Notes under the pieces: generated by a model | The model's database searches: none | What the model saw: the letters and a program-made list of their open reading frames with translations, nothing else | Told to the model about the DNA's origin: nothing | Program-made: the position numbers and the translations under genes | Assembly (NCBI RefSeq): GCF_003334815.1 | Contig: NZ_QOWO01000026.1 | Length of the DNA: 62,123 nucleotides | Direction: 5' to 3' (one strand) | From: Escherichia coli | GTDB lineage: Bacteria > Pseudomonadota > Gammaproteobacteria > Enterobacterales > Enterobacteriaceae | Shown here: positions 23,560-34,547 of the stretch, one piece after another | Position numbering within the stretch: the first letter of the stretch is position 1 | How the letters are laid out: each line of letters begins with the position of its first letter

Positions 23560-25077
23560 ATGTCTGAACAACACGCACAGGGCGCTGACGCGGTAGTCGA
23601 TCTTAACAATGAACTGAAAACGCGTCGTGAGAAGCTGGCGAACCTGCGCGAGCAGGGGATTGCCTTCCCGAACGATTTCCGTCGCGATCATACCTCTGAC
23701 CAATTGCACGCAGAATTCGACGGCAAAGAGAACGAAGAACTGGAAGCGCTGAACATCGAAGTCGCCGTTGCTGGCCGCATGATGACCCGTCGTATTATGG
23801 GTAAAGCGTCTTTCGTTACCCTGCAGGACGTTGGCGGTCGCATTCAGCTGTACGTTGCCCGTGACGATCTCCCGGAAGGCGTTTATAACGAGCAGTTCAA
23901 AAAATGGGACCTCGGCGACATCCTCGGCGCGAAAGGTAAGCTGTTCAAAACCAAAACCGGCGAACTGTCTATCCACTGCACCGAGTTGCGTCTGCTGACC
24001 AAAGCACTGCGTCCGCTGCCGGATAAATTCCACGGCTTGCAGGATCAGGAAGCGCGCTATCGTCAGCGTTATCTCGATCTCATCTCCAACGATGAATCCC
24101 GCAACACCTTTAAAGTGCGCTCGCAGATCCTCTCTGGTATTCGCCAGTTCATGGTGAACCGCGGCTTTATGGAAGTTGAAACGCCGATGATGCAGGTGAT
24201 CCCTGGCGGTGCCGCTGCGCGTCCGTTTATCACCCACCATAACGCGCTGGATCTCGACATGTACCTGCGTATCGCGCCGGAACTGTACCTCAAGCGTCTG
24301 GTGGTTGGTGGCTTCGAGCGTGTATTCGAAATCAACCGTAACTTCCGTAACGAAGGTATTTCCGTACGTCATAACCCAGAGTTCACCATGATGGAACTCT
24401 ACATGGCTTACGCAGATTACAAAGATCTGATCGAGCTGACCGAATCGCTGTTCCGTACTCTGGCACAGGATATTCTCGGTAAGACGGAAGTGACCTACGG
24501 CGACGTGACGCTGGACTTCGGTAAACCGTTCGAAAAACTGACCATGCGTGAAGCGATCAAGAAATATCGCCCGGAAACCGACATGGCGGATCTGGACAAC
24601 TTCGACTCTGCGAAAGCAATTGCTGAATCTATCGGCATCCACGTTGAGAAGAGCTGGGGTCTGGGCCGTATCGTTACCGAGATCTTCGAAGAAGTGGCAG
24701 AAGCACATCTGATTCAGCCGACCTTCATTACTGAATATCCGGCAGAAGTTTCTCCGCTGGCGCGTCGTAACGACGTTAACCCGGAAATCACAGACCGCTT
24801 TGAGTTCTTCATTGGTGGTCGTGAAATCGGTAACGGCTTTAGCGAGCTGAATGACGCGGAAGATCAGGCGCAACGCTTCCTGGATCAGGTTGCCGCGAAA
24901 GACGCAGGTGACGACGAAGCGATGTTCTACGATGAAGATTACGTCACCGCACTGGAACATGGCTTACCGCCGACAGCAGGTCTGGGAATTGGTATCGACC
25001 GTATGGTAATGCTGTTCACCAACAGCCATACCATCCGCGACGTTATTCTGTTCCCGGCGATGCGTCCGGTAAAATAA
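23560..25077 (+). CDS. lysS: Lysyl-tRNA synthetase (constitutive)
   Basis: 505-aa class II aaRS. It starts 9 nt after the prfB stop, as in the prfB-lysS operon. Confidence 0.95.
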
Positions 25078-25097
25078 GCATTACGTTATGCTCACAA

Positions 25098-25122
25098 CCC
25101 CGGCAAATGTCGGGGTTTTTTT
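25098..25122 (+). terminator. Rho-independent terminator after lysS (overlaps the idi stop)
   Basis: ccccggcaaatgtcgggg hairpin followed by ttttttt. Confidence 0.8.
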
Positions 25123-25669
25123 ATTTAAGCTGGGTAAATGCAGATAATCGTTTTCTGGCTTCGCGATTTGTCGCCTGCATCACCATCCACGGACTGAACG
25201 CCCACGGCGTGGCATCAATACCGTGTAATACATCTGCTAAATCACACCATTGATAATCCATCACTTCATCATCATTGATCTGTAACGCACTAGTGGTGCG
25301 TGCGGCAAATACCGGACACACTTCATTTTCCACAATGCCACTCGGATCGGTGGCGCGGTAGCGAAAGTCAGGATAGATAGATTCAGGAGGCGTAATTTCC
25401 ACGCCAAGCTCATAACGGCAACGGCGGATCACTGCGTCTTCGTTGCTTTCTCCCAGTTGTGGGTGCCCACAAACCGAGTTAGTCCACACGCCAGGCCATG
25501 CTTTTTTGCTCAGTGCGCGGCGGGTAACTAATAATTGTCCTTTGGCATTAAACAGCCAACTGGAGAACGCGAGATGTAAGCGGGTGTCTGCCGTGTGTGC
25601 GGCATACTTTTCCAGCGTACCCGTGGGAACTCCCTGTGCATTCAATAAAATGACGTGTTCCGTTTGCAT
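25121..25669 (-). CDS. idi: Isopentenyl-diphosphate delta-isomerase (Nudix type 1)
   Basis: 182-aa protein with a Nudix fold and the conserved C..E..W residues. Confidence 0.92.
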   Translation of the reverse strand: MQTEHVILLNAQGVPTGTLEKYAAHTADTRLHLAFSSWLFNAKGQLLVTRRALSKKAWPGVWTNSVCGHPQLGESNEDAVIRRCRYELGVEITPPESIYPDFRYRATDPSGIVENEVCPVFAARTTSALQINDDEVMDYQWCDLADVLHGIDATPWAFSPWMVMQATNREARKRLSAFTQLK

Positions 25670-25918
25670 AATTTCTCACATGTAATTCTGATCACTCATC
25701 ATTATAGATAATTGAAGAGTGAAATGATTAACCAAGTGAGCGTTTATCGACAACCGCCCGTTTTGAGCGGATGCCGACAGGTAAAAACCATTTAAAAAAG
25801 TAGCATCATATATTTGAAGCGACTTTCAATGGCCATTGCAACACAGTCAGAAATGACAGGAATAGAGAGAGTAAAAAGCAACAACAGACTGAATATAGCG
25901 CGCATTAAAAAATTCATA

Positions 25919-27367
25919 TTATTCTCCATGCTCATTTTTCTTCAGCTTGCGCATCAGAAGCCACATACGTACTGTCCTGACTTTTAAATCTTTATCAGAG
26001 ACGGATTCCTTCACCAGGTCAGCATGATGCTGATAGCCATTAAAGAAGACGTTCAGCACAACGGCGCTAAGGGTTGCGAGCATAATGCCGCTATGTAGCA
26101 GCGGTTGCAGTACGGCCGGTAACTTAGAAAAGAAATCGTGAGAGAGCGTCGGAGTCATGCCAACGCCGAGACTGATCGCCACAATATAGAGGTTGTAACG
26201 GTTGGTGGTGTAGTTACAGCGCGACAGAATTCGAATCCCTGTCGCCAGTACCATGCCGAACATCACTAGACCAGCGCCGCCCAGCACAAATTGCGGAATG
26301 GAGGCTACCAGCACCGCCATTTTTGGCACCATGCCAAACAGGATTAATATAATTCCCGAAGAAATACACACCCAGCGGCTATGAACGCGCGTCACGCTAA
26401 CCAGGCCAACGTTTTGAGAAAATGACGTGTGGGGGAAGCTGTTAAACGTGCCGCCTATCATTGTCCCTACGCCATCGACACGCAGCCCGCGAATAATATC
26501 GTGCGAAGAGAGTTTACGACCGACTATTTCACCCAGTGCCAGGAACATCCCCATCGACTCGATAAACACGATGATTAACACGGCAGTCATGGTCAGAATG
26601 GAAACGGGATCGAAAATCGGCATACCAAACGACATCGGCGTAACAATCGCAAACCATGAAGCATCATGTAGCCCGGATAAATTGACTTCATTCATCATCC
26701 ACGAAAGTAAAAAGCCAAATACAATCCCCAGTAATACGGCGACGTTGGACATAAATCCTTTCGCATAGCGAGTAATGAGCAAGATAAAAATTAAGACGGC
26801 AAAGGAGATACCTAAATAAACGGGATTACCATATTGCGGATTCCCTTTACCTCCGGCGGCCCAGTCAATACCCACCTGAATGATGCTAAGCCCGATAGAA
26901 GTAATAACCACACCGGTAACCAGTGGCGGGAATAAAGGCATCAAGCGACCGATAAGTGGCGCTAATAATGTGGTGATAAAACCCGCGGCGATAGTGGCAC
27001 CAAATATCCCCAGCAGGCCGATATCCGGGTTCATCCCAATGGCTATCATTGGTGTTACAGCAGCAAAGGTCACCGACATAATCACCGGCAGGCGGATCCC
27101 CATAAAGCGGCCGATACCGATACATTGCAATAATGTGACGATCCCGCAGCAAAAGAGATCCGAGCTAATGAGCATCGCAATAGCTTCTTTTGAGAGGCCC
27201 AGTCGGTCACCAATCATAAGAGGAACAGCGACTGCACCTGCGTACATGACAAGGACGTGTTGCAGACCGAGTATGATCAGCTTTCCTGGTGATAATATGC
27301 GGTCAACCTCATCAGTTGGGCGGTCTTGCCCAGAAGATGAGGGAAGTTGGGAATCTATGGCGCTCAT
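25919..27367 (-). CDS. uacT: Uric acid:H+ symporter (NCS2/NAT family)
   Basis: 482 aa from MSAIDSQLPSSS, with 12-14 transmembrane helices. The ORF-track entry carries a 43-codon 5' extension. Confidence 0.88.
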   Translation of the reverse strand: MSAIDSQLPSSSGQDRPTDEVDRILSPGKLIILGLQHVLVMYAGAVAVPLMIGDRLGLSKEAIAMLISSDLFCCGIVTLLQCIGIGRFMGIRLPVIMSVTFAAVTPMIAIGMNPDIGLLGIFGATIAAGFITTLLAPLIGRLMPLFPPLVTGVVITSIGLSIIQVGIDWAAGGKGNPQYGNPVYLGISFAVLIFILLITRYAKGFMSNVAVLLGIVFGFLLSWMMNEVNLSGLHDASWFAIVTPMSFGMPIFDPVSILTMTAVLIIVFIESMGMFLALGEIVGRKLSSHDIIRGLRVDGVGTMIGGTFNSFPHTSFSQNVGLVSVTRVHSRWVCISSGIILILFGMVPKMAVLVASIPQFVLGGAGLVMFGMVLATGIRILSRCNYTTNRYNLYIVAISLGVGMTPTLSHDFFSKLPAVLQPLLHSGIMLATLSAVVLNVFFNGYQHHADLVKESVSDKDLKVRTVRMWLLMRKLKKNEHGE

Positions 27368-27802
27368 CAGTGTTTCTCCTTTCGCCCGCCAGAGTAAAAA
27401 GCAACCGTTTACGTTAATGAAACTGTCTAAACACATGCTCGTGGAGTGCCAGTTTTTGCGAGGAAGGGGAGTTAGAGACAGGAATTGCGGAGGCAATCAC
27501 ATAATCGTGGTTAAACCACGAAAATGAGAATAGAACCTGACAATGGAATTATCTGTAATTTTCTCATATTGATATTTCATTAATCATTCTGGCATGTCGC
27601 ACTCTCGCATTTAATCGTTTTTATCTGGATAGCGCTCTTTTGATCGGCAATGTTGAAATAATGAAAGCGGCATAGATTGAGGGGCAATAATTTGAACTCA
27701 GTCGCAAAATTATAATTAAAACGGTCATGCTACCTAATATATGCCCGTTTATTGCATCGCGAAATTTGAGAAGACATAACTCATTAAATGAAAGGGATGC
27801 AA

Positions 27803-29722
27803 ATGAATAAGTTTATTGCTGCTGAAGCTGCGGAATGTATAGGCTGTCATGCTTGTGAAATTGCCTGTGCGGTGGCACACAATCAAGAAAACTGGCCGCT
27901 GAGTCACAGTGACTTTCGACCGCGTATCCACGTTGTAGGGAAAGGCCAGGCTGCGAATCCGGTGGCCTGCCATCACTGCAACAATGCCCCTTGCGTTACG
28001 GCTTGTCCGGTTAATGCTCTGACTTTCCAGTCCGATAGCGTACAACTGGACGAGCAAAAATGTATTGGTTGTAAAAGATGCGCAATCGCTTGCCCCTTTG
28101 GCGTCGTTGAGATGGTCGATACGATTGCGCAGAAATGCGACCTTTGTAACCAGCGCAGTTCCGGCACGCAAGCCTGTATTGAAGTTTGCCCAACACAGGC
28201 GTTACGACTGATGGACGATAAAGGGTTGCAGCAGATAAAGGTGGCCCGCCAGCGCAAAACGGCAGCAGGAAAAGCGTCATCAGACGCTCAGCCATCTCGC
28301 AGTGCAGCGTTGCTCCCCGTTAACTCGCGTAAAGGCGCAGATAAAATTTCAGCGAGTGAACGGAAAACCCACTTTGGCGAAATATATTGCGGGCTGGATC
28401 CACAACAAGCGACTTATGAGAGTGACCGCTGTGTTTATTGTGCCGAAAAAGCTAACTGCAACTGGCATTGCCCGCTGCATAACGCTATTCCGGATTACAT
28501 CCGTCTGGTACAGGAAGGAAAGATTATTGAAGCGGCAGAACTTTGCCACCAGACCAGTTCCTTACCAGAAATTTGCGGCAGGGTATGTCCACAGGACCGT
28601 CTTTGTGAAGGCGCATGTACTTTGAAAGATCACTCGGGCGCAGTCTCTATCGGTAATCTGGAACGCTACATCACCGATACCGCGCTGGCGATGGGCTGGC
28701 GTCCCGATGTCAGCAAAGTTGTTCCCCGTAGCGAAAAAGTGGCGGTGATTGGCGCTGGGCCTGCAGGGTTAGGGTGTGCTGATATTCTGGCGCGCGCAGG
28801 AGTTCAGGTCGATGTCTTTGATCGCCATCCAGAAATTGGCGGTATGCTGACTTTTGGCATTCCTCCTTTCAAACTCGATAAAACGGTATTAAGCCAGCGG
28901 CGAGAGATATTCACCGCAATGGGAATCGACTTTCATCTTAACTGTGAAATTGGCCGCGATATTACCTTTAGCGATTTAACTTCTGAATATGATGCAGTTT
29001 TCATCGGCGTGGGGACTTACGGGATGATGCGAGCAGATCTGCCGCATGAAGATGCGCCCGGTGTCATTCAGGCTCTACCGTTCCTGACTGCCCATACCCG
29101 CCAGCTCATGGGATTGCCGGAGTCTGAAGAGTATCCGCTGACGGACGTGGAAGGTAAGCGAGTCGTGGTATTGGGCGGTGGCGATACGACAATGGATTGT
29201 TTGCGGACTTCCATCCGCCTCAATGCCGCCAGCGTGACCTGCGCGTATCGTCGTGATGAAGTCAGTATGCCGGGCTCGCGCAAAGAGGTGGTTAATGCGC
29301 GCGAGGAAGGTGTCGAGTTTCAGTTCAATGTTCAACCGCAATATATCGCTTGTGACGAAGATGGGCGTTTAACTGCGGTGGGCCTGATTCGTACCGCCAT
29401 GGGTGAGCCGGGGCCGGATGGTCGCCGTCGTCCTCGTCCGGTAGCGGGTTCAGAGTTTGAATTGCCCGCCGATGTTCTGATTATGGCCTTTGGTTTCCAG
29501 GCGCATGCCATGCCGTGGTTGCAGGGCAGCGGAATTAAACTCGATAAATGGGGCCTGATTCAAACCGGTGACGTCGGGTATTTACCTACCCAGACGCATC
29601 TGAAAAAAGTCTTTGCTGGTGGTGATGCAGTTCATGGCGCGGATCTGGTTGTCACTGCAATGGCCGCAGGAAGGCAGGCGGCGCGCGATATGTTAACTCT
29701 GTTTGATACGAAGGCATCGTGA
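27803..29722 (+). CDS. ygfT: Fused 4Fe-4S ferredoxin / NAD(P)H-dependent oxidoreductase, like the glutamate synthase small subunit
   Basis: 639 aa from [15 protein letters not shown]. Multiple CxxCxxCxxxCP clusters are followed by the GAGPAG and GGGDTAMD dinucleotide-binding motifs. Confidence 0.88.
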
Positions 29723-30210
29723 TGAAATCGTTAATTATCGTTAATCCGGCTGACTGTATTGGCTGCCGTACTTGTGAAGTAGCCTGTGTGGTCGCTCACC
29801 CTTCAGAACAGGAGTTGAATGCCGATGTCTTTTTACCCCGGCTGAAGGTACAGCGACTGGACAGCATCAGTGCGCCGGTGATGTGCCATCAGTGTGAAAA
29901 CGCCCCTTGTGTTGGCGCTTGCCCCGTGGGGGCGCTGACGATGGGCGAGCAGGTGGTGCAGACCAATTCTGCCCGTTGTATTGGCTGTCAGAGTTGCGTC
30001 AGTGCGTGCCCGTTTGGAATGATCACCATTCAGTCGTTGCCGGGGGATACCCGACAACAAATTGTGAAATGCGATCTCTGTGAACAGCGGGAAGAGGGGC
30101 CAGCCTGCGTTGAATCTTGCCCAACACAGGCGCTGCAGTTGCTTACTGAAAGAGAACTCAGGCGAGTCCGCCAGCAGCGTATTGTTGCCAGCGGTGAGAA
30201 TCCTCTCTGA
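29722..30210 (+). CDS. ygfS: 4Fe-4S ferredoxin-type protein
   Basis: 162 aa with four CxxCxxCxxxCP-like motifs. Its start overlaps the ygfT stop (ATGA). Confidence 0.88.
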
Positions 30211-30216
30211 AAGAAA

Positions 30217-30240
30217 TCTCCGCGCTGAAAGGCGCGGAGA
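30217..30240. terminator. Bidirectional Rho-independent terminator between convergent ygfS and ghxQ
   Basis: tctccgcgc-tgaaa-ggcgcggaga forms a perfect hairpin. Confidence 0.75.
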
Positions 30241-30245
30241 ATCTA

Positions 30246-31613
30246 TTAGATTGCCCAACCACCCGCGTAAAATGCGACCAGTGCGGCAGTAATGATCACC
30301 GTACCAATATTCAGCTTTTGCCATTCGCGTGCAAAGACGCGGCCTACGACCAGTGTCACAAAGCCCAGCATAATACCGGTAACGATATTACAAGTCAGAA
30401 CGATGAACACGGCACACACCAGGCCAGCCATAGCGTCAATAAAATCATTGAAATCCAGCTTCGAGACGTTACTTAACATCAGCAAACCTACGTACATCAG
30501 AGCGGGTGCAGTGGCGTAACCAGGGATCAAAAATGACAGCGGTGATAAAAACAGAATTAACAGGAATAACGCCCCCACTACGGTTGCGGTTAAACCTGTT
30601 TTACCCCCGGCGGCGGTTCCTGCCGCTGATTCGATATAAACCGCTGCGGGCGCTGCGCCCACCAGGCCGGAGAATATTGAACTTACTGAGTCACTGGTCA
30701 GGGCTTTGCCGCCGTTGATGATCTGGTTGTCTTTATCCAACAAATTCGCCTGACCGGCGACGGCACGGATGGTGCCAGTAGCGTCGAACACTGCGGTCAT
30801 CACCAATGCCAGTACACTCGGAAGTACAGTTGGCTGGAGTGCACCCATAATATCGAGGCTGAAAATCAGAGACTTACCATCTTCGCCAGTCAGGCTTGGC
30901 ATCGCCACCAGACCGTGGTATTTCACCGCTGGGTCAAAGATTAAGCCGATGATCGAAATTGCAATAATCACCAACAAGATCCCGCCGGGTACGCGACACT
31001 TCTCCAGGCCGAAGATGACCGCCAGCCCCAGCAAGCTCATCATCACCGGGAAGGAGGTAAACGCACCGAGCGCCACTGGCAAGCCTTCAATCGGGTTTTT
31101 GATAACCATACCCACACCGTTAGCAGCAATCAGCAGCAGAAACAGCCCGATACCGATACCTGTACCGTGAGCGATACCCATCGGCAAATTACGTAAGATC
31201 CAGGTACGCACACCGGTTACGGAAATGGCGGTGAAGATGACGCCCATCAGAAATACCGCGCCCAGTGCGACAGGAACGCTAATTTGTTGCCCGAGTACCA
31301 GACTGAATGCGGTAAACGCCGTCAAGGAAATCGCGCAACCAATCGCCATTGGCAAATTAGCCCATAATCCCATCAGCAACGAGCCGAAGCCCGCGACCAG
31401 ACAGGTGGCAACAAACACAGCTGCGGGAGGAAAACCTGCTTTGCCCAGCATTCCCGGAACGACGATAACGGAATAAACCATGGCCAGAAAGGTCGTTAAG
31501 CCAGCCAGTACTTCCTGACGAACGGTACTGCCACGAGCGGTAATTTTAAAATAATTATCCAGCGCGCCCTGTGGCTTTGGTGCGTCCGGTGTTTGTAGGA
31601 TGTCTCCAGACAT
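30246..31613 (-). CDS. ghxQ: Guanine/hypoxanthine permease (AzgA-like NCS2)
   Basis: 455-aa polytopic membrane protein. It is intact here, not split as in the older K-12 ygfQ/ygfR annotation. Confidence 0.85.
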   Translation of the reverse strand: MSGDILQTPDAPKPQGALDNYFKITARGSTVRQEVLAGLTTFLAMVYSVIVVPGMLGKAGFPPAAVFVATCLVAGFGSLLMGLWANLPMAIGCAISLTAFTAFSLVLGQQISVPVALGAVFLMGVIFTAISVTGVRTWILRNLPMGIAHGTGIGIGLFLLLIAANGVGMVIKNPIEGLPVALGAFTSFPVMMSLLGLAVIFGLEKCRVPGGILLVIIAISIIGLIFDPAVKYHGLVAMPSLTGEDGKSLIFSLDIMGALQPTVLPSVLALVMTAVFDATGTIRAVAGQANLLDKDNQIINGGKALTSDSVSSIFSGLVGAAPAAVYIESAAGTAAGGKTGLTATVVGALFLLILFLSPLSFLIPGYATAPALMYVGLLMLSNVSKLDFNDFIDAMAGLVCAVFIVLTCNIVTGIMLGFVTLVVGRVFAREWQKLNIGTVIITAALVAFYAGGWAI

Positions 31614-31648
31614 AATGATGTCCTCACGAGGATGTTAAAGTTTTATTA

Positions 31649-32968
31649 TTAGTTGCGTTCGTACACCAGACGACCATCAACGTAGGTGCGGTAGATCGAA
31701 CGGTCATCGCCCAACGTCATCATCACGAACAATTTGTCGACTAAAGAAACAGAGTTGTCATAGCGCAGCTGCTGTAGCGGAGTGGCGGTGGGTTCCATCA
31801 CCACGAAATCAGCCTCTTTGCCAGGTAAAAAGTTGCCAATCAAATCGTCAAGGCCCAGAGATTTCGCTCCGCCGAGCGTGGCCAGGTAAAACGCTTCATA
31901 TGCCGAGAGGCGATAGCCTTGTAATTGCAATACTTTGTAGGCTTCGTTCAGCGTTTGCAGCATGTTGAAAGTGGTTCCGGCACCGATATCCGTTCCCATG
32001 CCCACTTTAACTTTCTTCTGCCATGCTTTTTTCAAGTTGAATAAGCCGCTGCCGAGGTAAAGGTTGGAGGTCGGACAGAAAGCAATGCTGGATTTGGTTT
32101 CGCTGAGACGATCCCACTCTTTTTCTTCGAGATGGACGCAGTGAGCAAAGACACAGTTTTTACCGGTCAGGCCGTACTGATGGTAAACATCCAGATAACC
32201 ATCATGGTCAGGATAAAGCGATTTCACCCAGGCAATTTCATCTTTGTTTTCACAGAGATGGGTATGTACCCACGTATCCGGATATTCTTCTTTCAGGCGT
32301 TGCGCCATCGCCATCTGTTCAGGAGATGAGGTCGGGGCGAAGCGTGGCGTAATCGCATATAGCAGACGACCATTTTTGTGCCAGCGTTCGATCAGTTCTT
32401 TGCTTTGGTGATAGCTGCTTTCGGCAGTGTCGAGCAGATAATCCGGTGCGTTGCGGTCCATCATCACCTTACCGGCAATCATACGCATATTGATATGACT
32501 GGCGGCTTCAAACAGCGCATCAACAGATTGCGGATGAACAGTGCCAAACACCAGCGCCGTGGTGGTTCCGTTACGTAAAAGCTGCTTGATGAAGAACGCC
32601 GACATTTCGCGGGCGTACTCTAAATCCTCATAACGACGTTCAGTAGGGAAGGTGTGTTTATTCAACCACTCCAGCAATTGCTCACCATAGGCCCCCACCA
32701 TTTCACTTTGCGGATAATGGATATGTGTATCGACAAAGCCCGGTACTATCAGTTTGCCGCGATAGTCGCGCACGCGAATGGTGTCAGGAATTTGATGCTT
32801 TCCGTTTTCCCATTCGCCAAACCATTCCACTTTTCCCTGTTTAATGAGTAATAAACCATCCTCAATAAACCGCAGCGCAGAGGCAATCTCTTCCGGGTTA
32901 TCGATCGTACGGGTGACATCAATAAAACTGCCTCGTACCGCTTTTAACGTGTGTTCTCCTGACATCAT
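31649..32968 (-). CDS. guaD: Guanine deaminase
   Basis: 439 aa from MMSGEHTLKAV, an amidohydrolase with the HTHL and HCVH motifs. The ORF track adds a 40-codon extension. Confidence 0.9.
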   Translation of the reverse strand: MMSGEHTLKAVRGSFIDVTRTIDNPEEIASALRFIEDGLLLIKQGKVEWFGEWENGKHQIPDTIRVRDYRGKLIVPGFVDTHIHYPQSEMVGAYGEQLLEWLNKHTFPTERRYEDLEYAREMSAFFIKQLLRNGTTTALVFGTVHPQSVDALFEAASHINMRMIAGKVMMDRNAPDYLLDTAESSYHQSKELIERWHKNGRLLYAITPRFAPTSSPEQMAMAQRLKEEYPDTWVHTHLCENKDEIAWVKSLYPDHDGYLDVYHQYGLTGKNCVFAHCVHLEEKEWDRLSETKSSIAFCPTSNLYLGSGLFNLKKAWQKKVKVGMGTDIGAGTTFNMLQTLNEAYKVLQLQGYRLSAYEAFYLATLGGAKSLGLDDLIGNFLPGKEADFVVMEPTATPLQQLRYDNSVSLVDKLFVMMTLGDDRSIYRTYVDGRLVYERN

Positions 32969-32982
32969 TGACTCCTTTACTG

Positions 32983-34383
32983 TTAATCCATCTCTTCCGC
33001 TGAGGTAATACCAGGCAGAACGTTTTCCTGTCGGTAGCCACCAGGGAGGATAATATTTAATAAAATCGCAGTTAACCCGCCAGCACAAATAGGGTTTTCA
33101 ACTAATACATAAATAGAGGCTGGCAATATTTTAAAAATTTCGGGATCGTAGGAGACGCCAAGCCCTAAACCTAAAGAAGTGGCGACAATAAGTGTTTCAC
33201 GGCGCTTTAAACCGTTGGTGATGATGATGCGAATCCCTGCGATGGCAATCATGGAAAACATCAACGTCATTGCGCCTCCCAGAACTGCCGAGGGAATGGT
33301 CGTGAAGAAGCCGCCAATCATCGGAAATAAGCCGAGGATAACCAGCATTACCGCGATGGTTCGCCCGACATAACGTGAAGCGACGCCAGTCATCTGAATA
33401 ACCCCATTATTTTGCGCAAACGTGGTTAATGGTAATGAACCGACAGCGGAGGCGATAACAGAAACCAGACCATCTGCCAGCACGCCGCCTTTCAGCCGGG
33501 ACTGATACTCTTCCCCCTGAATGGGGCGGCGGGAAACCATTGCCGTGGCGGTGATATCGCCGACTGCTTCCAGCACGCTAAGCAGATAAATCGTGCCAAC
33601 CACCAGGAACTGATGGAAGCTAAAACTAAAGCCGTATTTGAACGGATGCGGGATGGTGATTAACGGCAAATTGCGCATACTGCTGAAATCCACCATGCCC
33701 AGGCATAACGATGCGATATAGCCGACACATAGCCCAATGGCGATCCCTCCCATGCGTAGCAACGGACTGCGACAGCAGTTAAAGCCGATCACCACAATTA
33801 AAACCAATAAACCAACGCCGAGATGTTCGTAATTGCCGAACGTACCGCTGCTTTTGGCTGCAAATCCTCCACCAAAATCGATAATGCCGACTTTAATCAG
33901 GCTTAAGCCGATCATCAGTACCACAATACCGCTGACGGTAGGCGTAATAACCCGACGTAAATAGGGCAAGATAAATGAAGATCCGACAACCAGAAATGCG
34001 CCAACGAAGGAGACGCCGAGAAGCGACGACATGATTAACTCTTCGTGAAAACCGTCGCTTTTCATGCTGCTGCCCAGCGCAATCATGACCGTAACAAATG
34101 AAAAATTGACTGACTGAATTGAGAGTAGGCCAGAACCGACGATGCCGTAGCGGTTTACTTGTAACCAGGTACCAATACCAGAGGCGATCATCGCCATAGA
34201 AACAAGATAGGCAGTTGTTTCAGCGGAAAGCTGTAAGGCCGCACCCACGATTAACGCGGGGGTTACCATCGGAACGAAAATTGCCAACAGATGGGTAATG
34301 GCACCAACGAGAGCCTGATGAAAGGGAGGGCGATCCTCCAGTTCAAATATAAGGTCAGAACCTGCATGGTTTATATCAGACAT
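32983..34383 (-). CDS. xanQ: Xanthine permease (NCS2)
   Basis: 466 aa from MSDINHAGSDLIFELEDRPPFHQ. Confidence 0.9.
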   Translation of the reverse strand: MSDINHAGSDLIFELEDRPPFHQALVGAITHLLAIFVPMVTPALIVGAALQLSAETTAYLVSMAMIASGIGTWLQVNRYGIVGSGLLSIQSVNFSFVTVMIALGSSMKSDGFHEELIMSSLLGVSFVGAFLVVGSSFILPYLRRVITPTVSGIVVLMIGLSLIKVGIIDFGGGFAAKSSGTFGNYEHLGVGLLVLIVVIGFNCCRSPLLRMGGIAIGLCVGYIASLCLGMVDFSSMRNLPLITIPHPFKYGFSFSFHQFLVVGTIYLLSVLEAVGDITATAMVSRRPIQGEEYQSRLKGGVLADGLVSVIASAVGSLPLTTFAQNNGVIQMTGVASRYVGRTIAVMLVILGLFPMIGGFFTTIPSAVLGGAMTLMFSMIAIAGIRIIITNGLKRRETLIVATSLGLGLGVSYDPEIFKILPASIYVLVENPICAGGLTAILLNIILPGGYRQENVLPGITSAEEMD

Positions 34384-34507
34384 CCCTTCACTCCTTTTAA
34401 AGTAAATTTGATCATCTGAATTAGTAAAATAAATTCCCACGAATTTGGGGCGCAGGACGCCTTGAGAACGGCTTATCTCATTTTCGCAGTCACTATTTAG
34501 TCATCGT

Positions 34508-34539
34508 TCAAACAGAGAAACAGGCCGCCGAAGCGGCCA
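34508..34539 (-). terminator. Rho-independent terminator after xdhD
   Basis: On the minus strand, a ggccgcttcggcggcc hairpin is followed by tgtttctctgttt. Confidence 0.65.
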
Positions 34540-34547
34540 TTTATTAT

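Noticed and set aside
27368-27802. sigma54 promoter in the uacT-ygfT divergent region
   Set aside because: Scanned by eye. TGGCAT-gtcgc-ACTC and TGCCCG-ttta-TTGCA each lack one of the essential GG/GC elements. This is an AT-rich sigma70-type control region.
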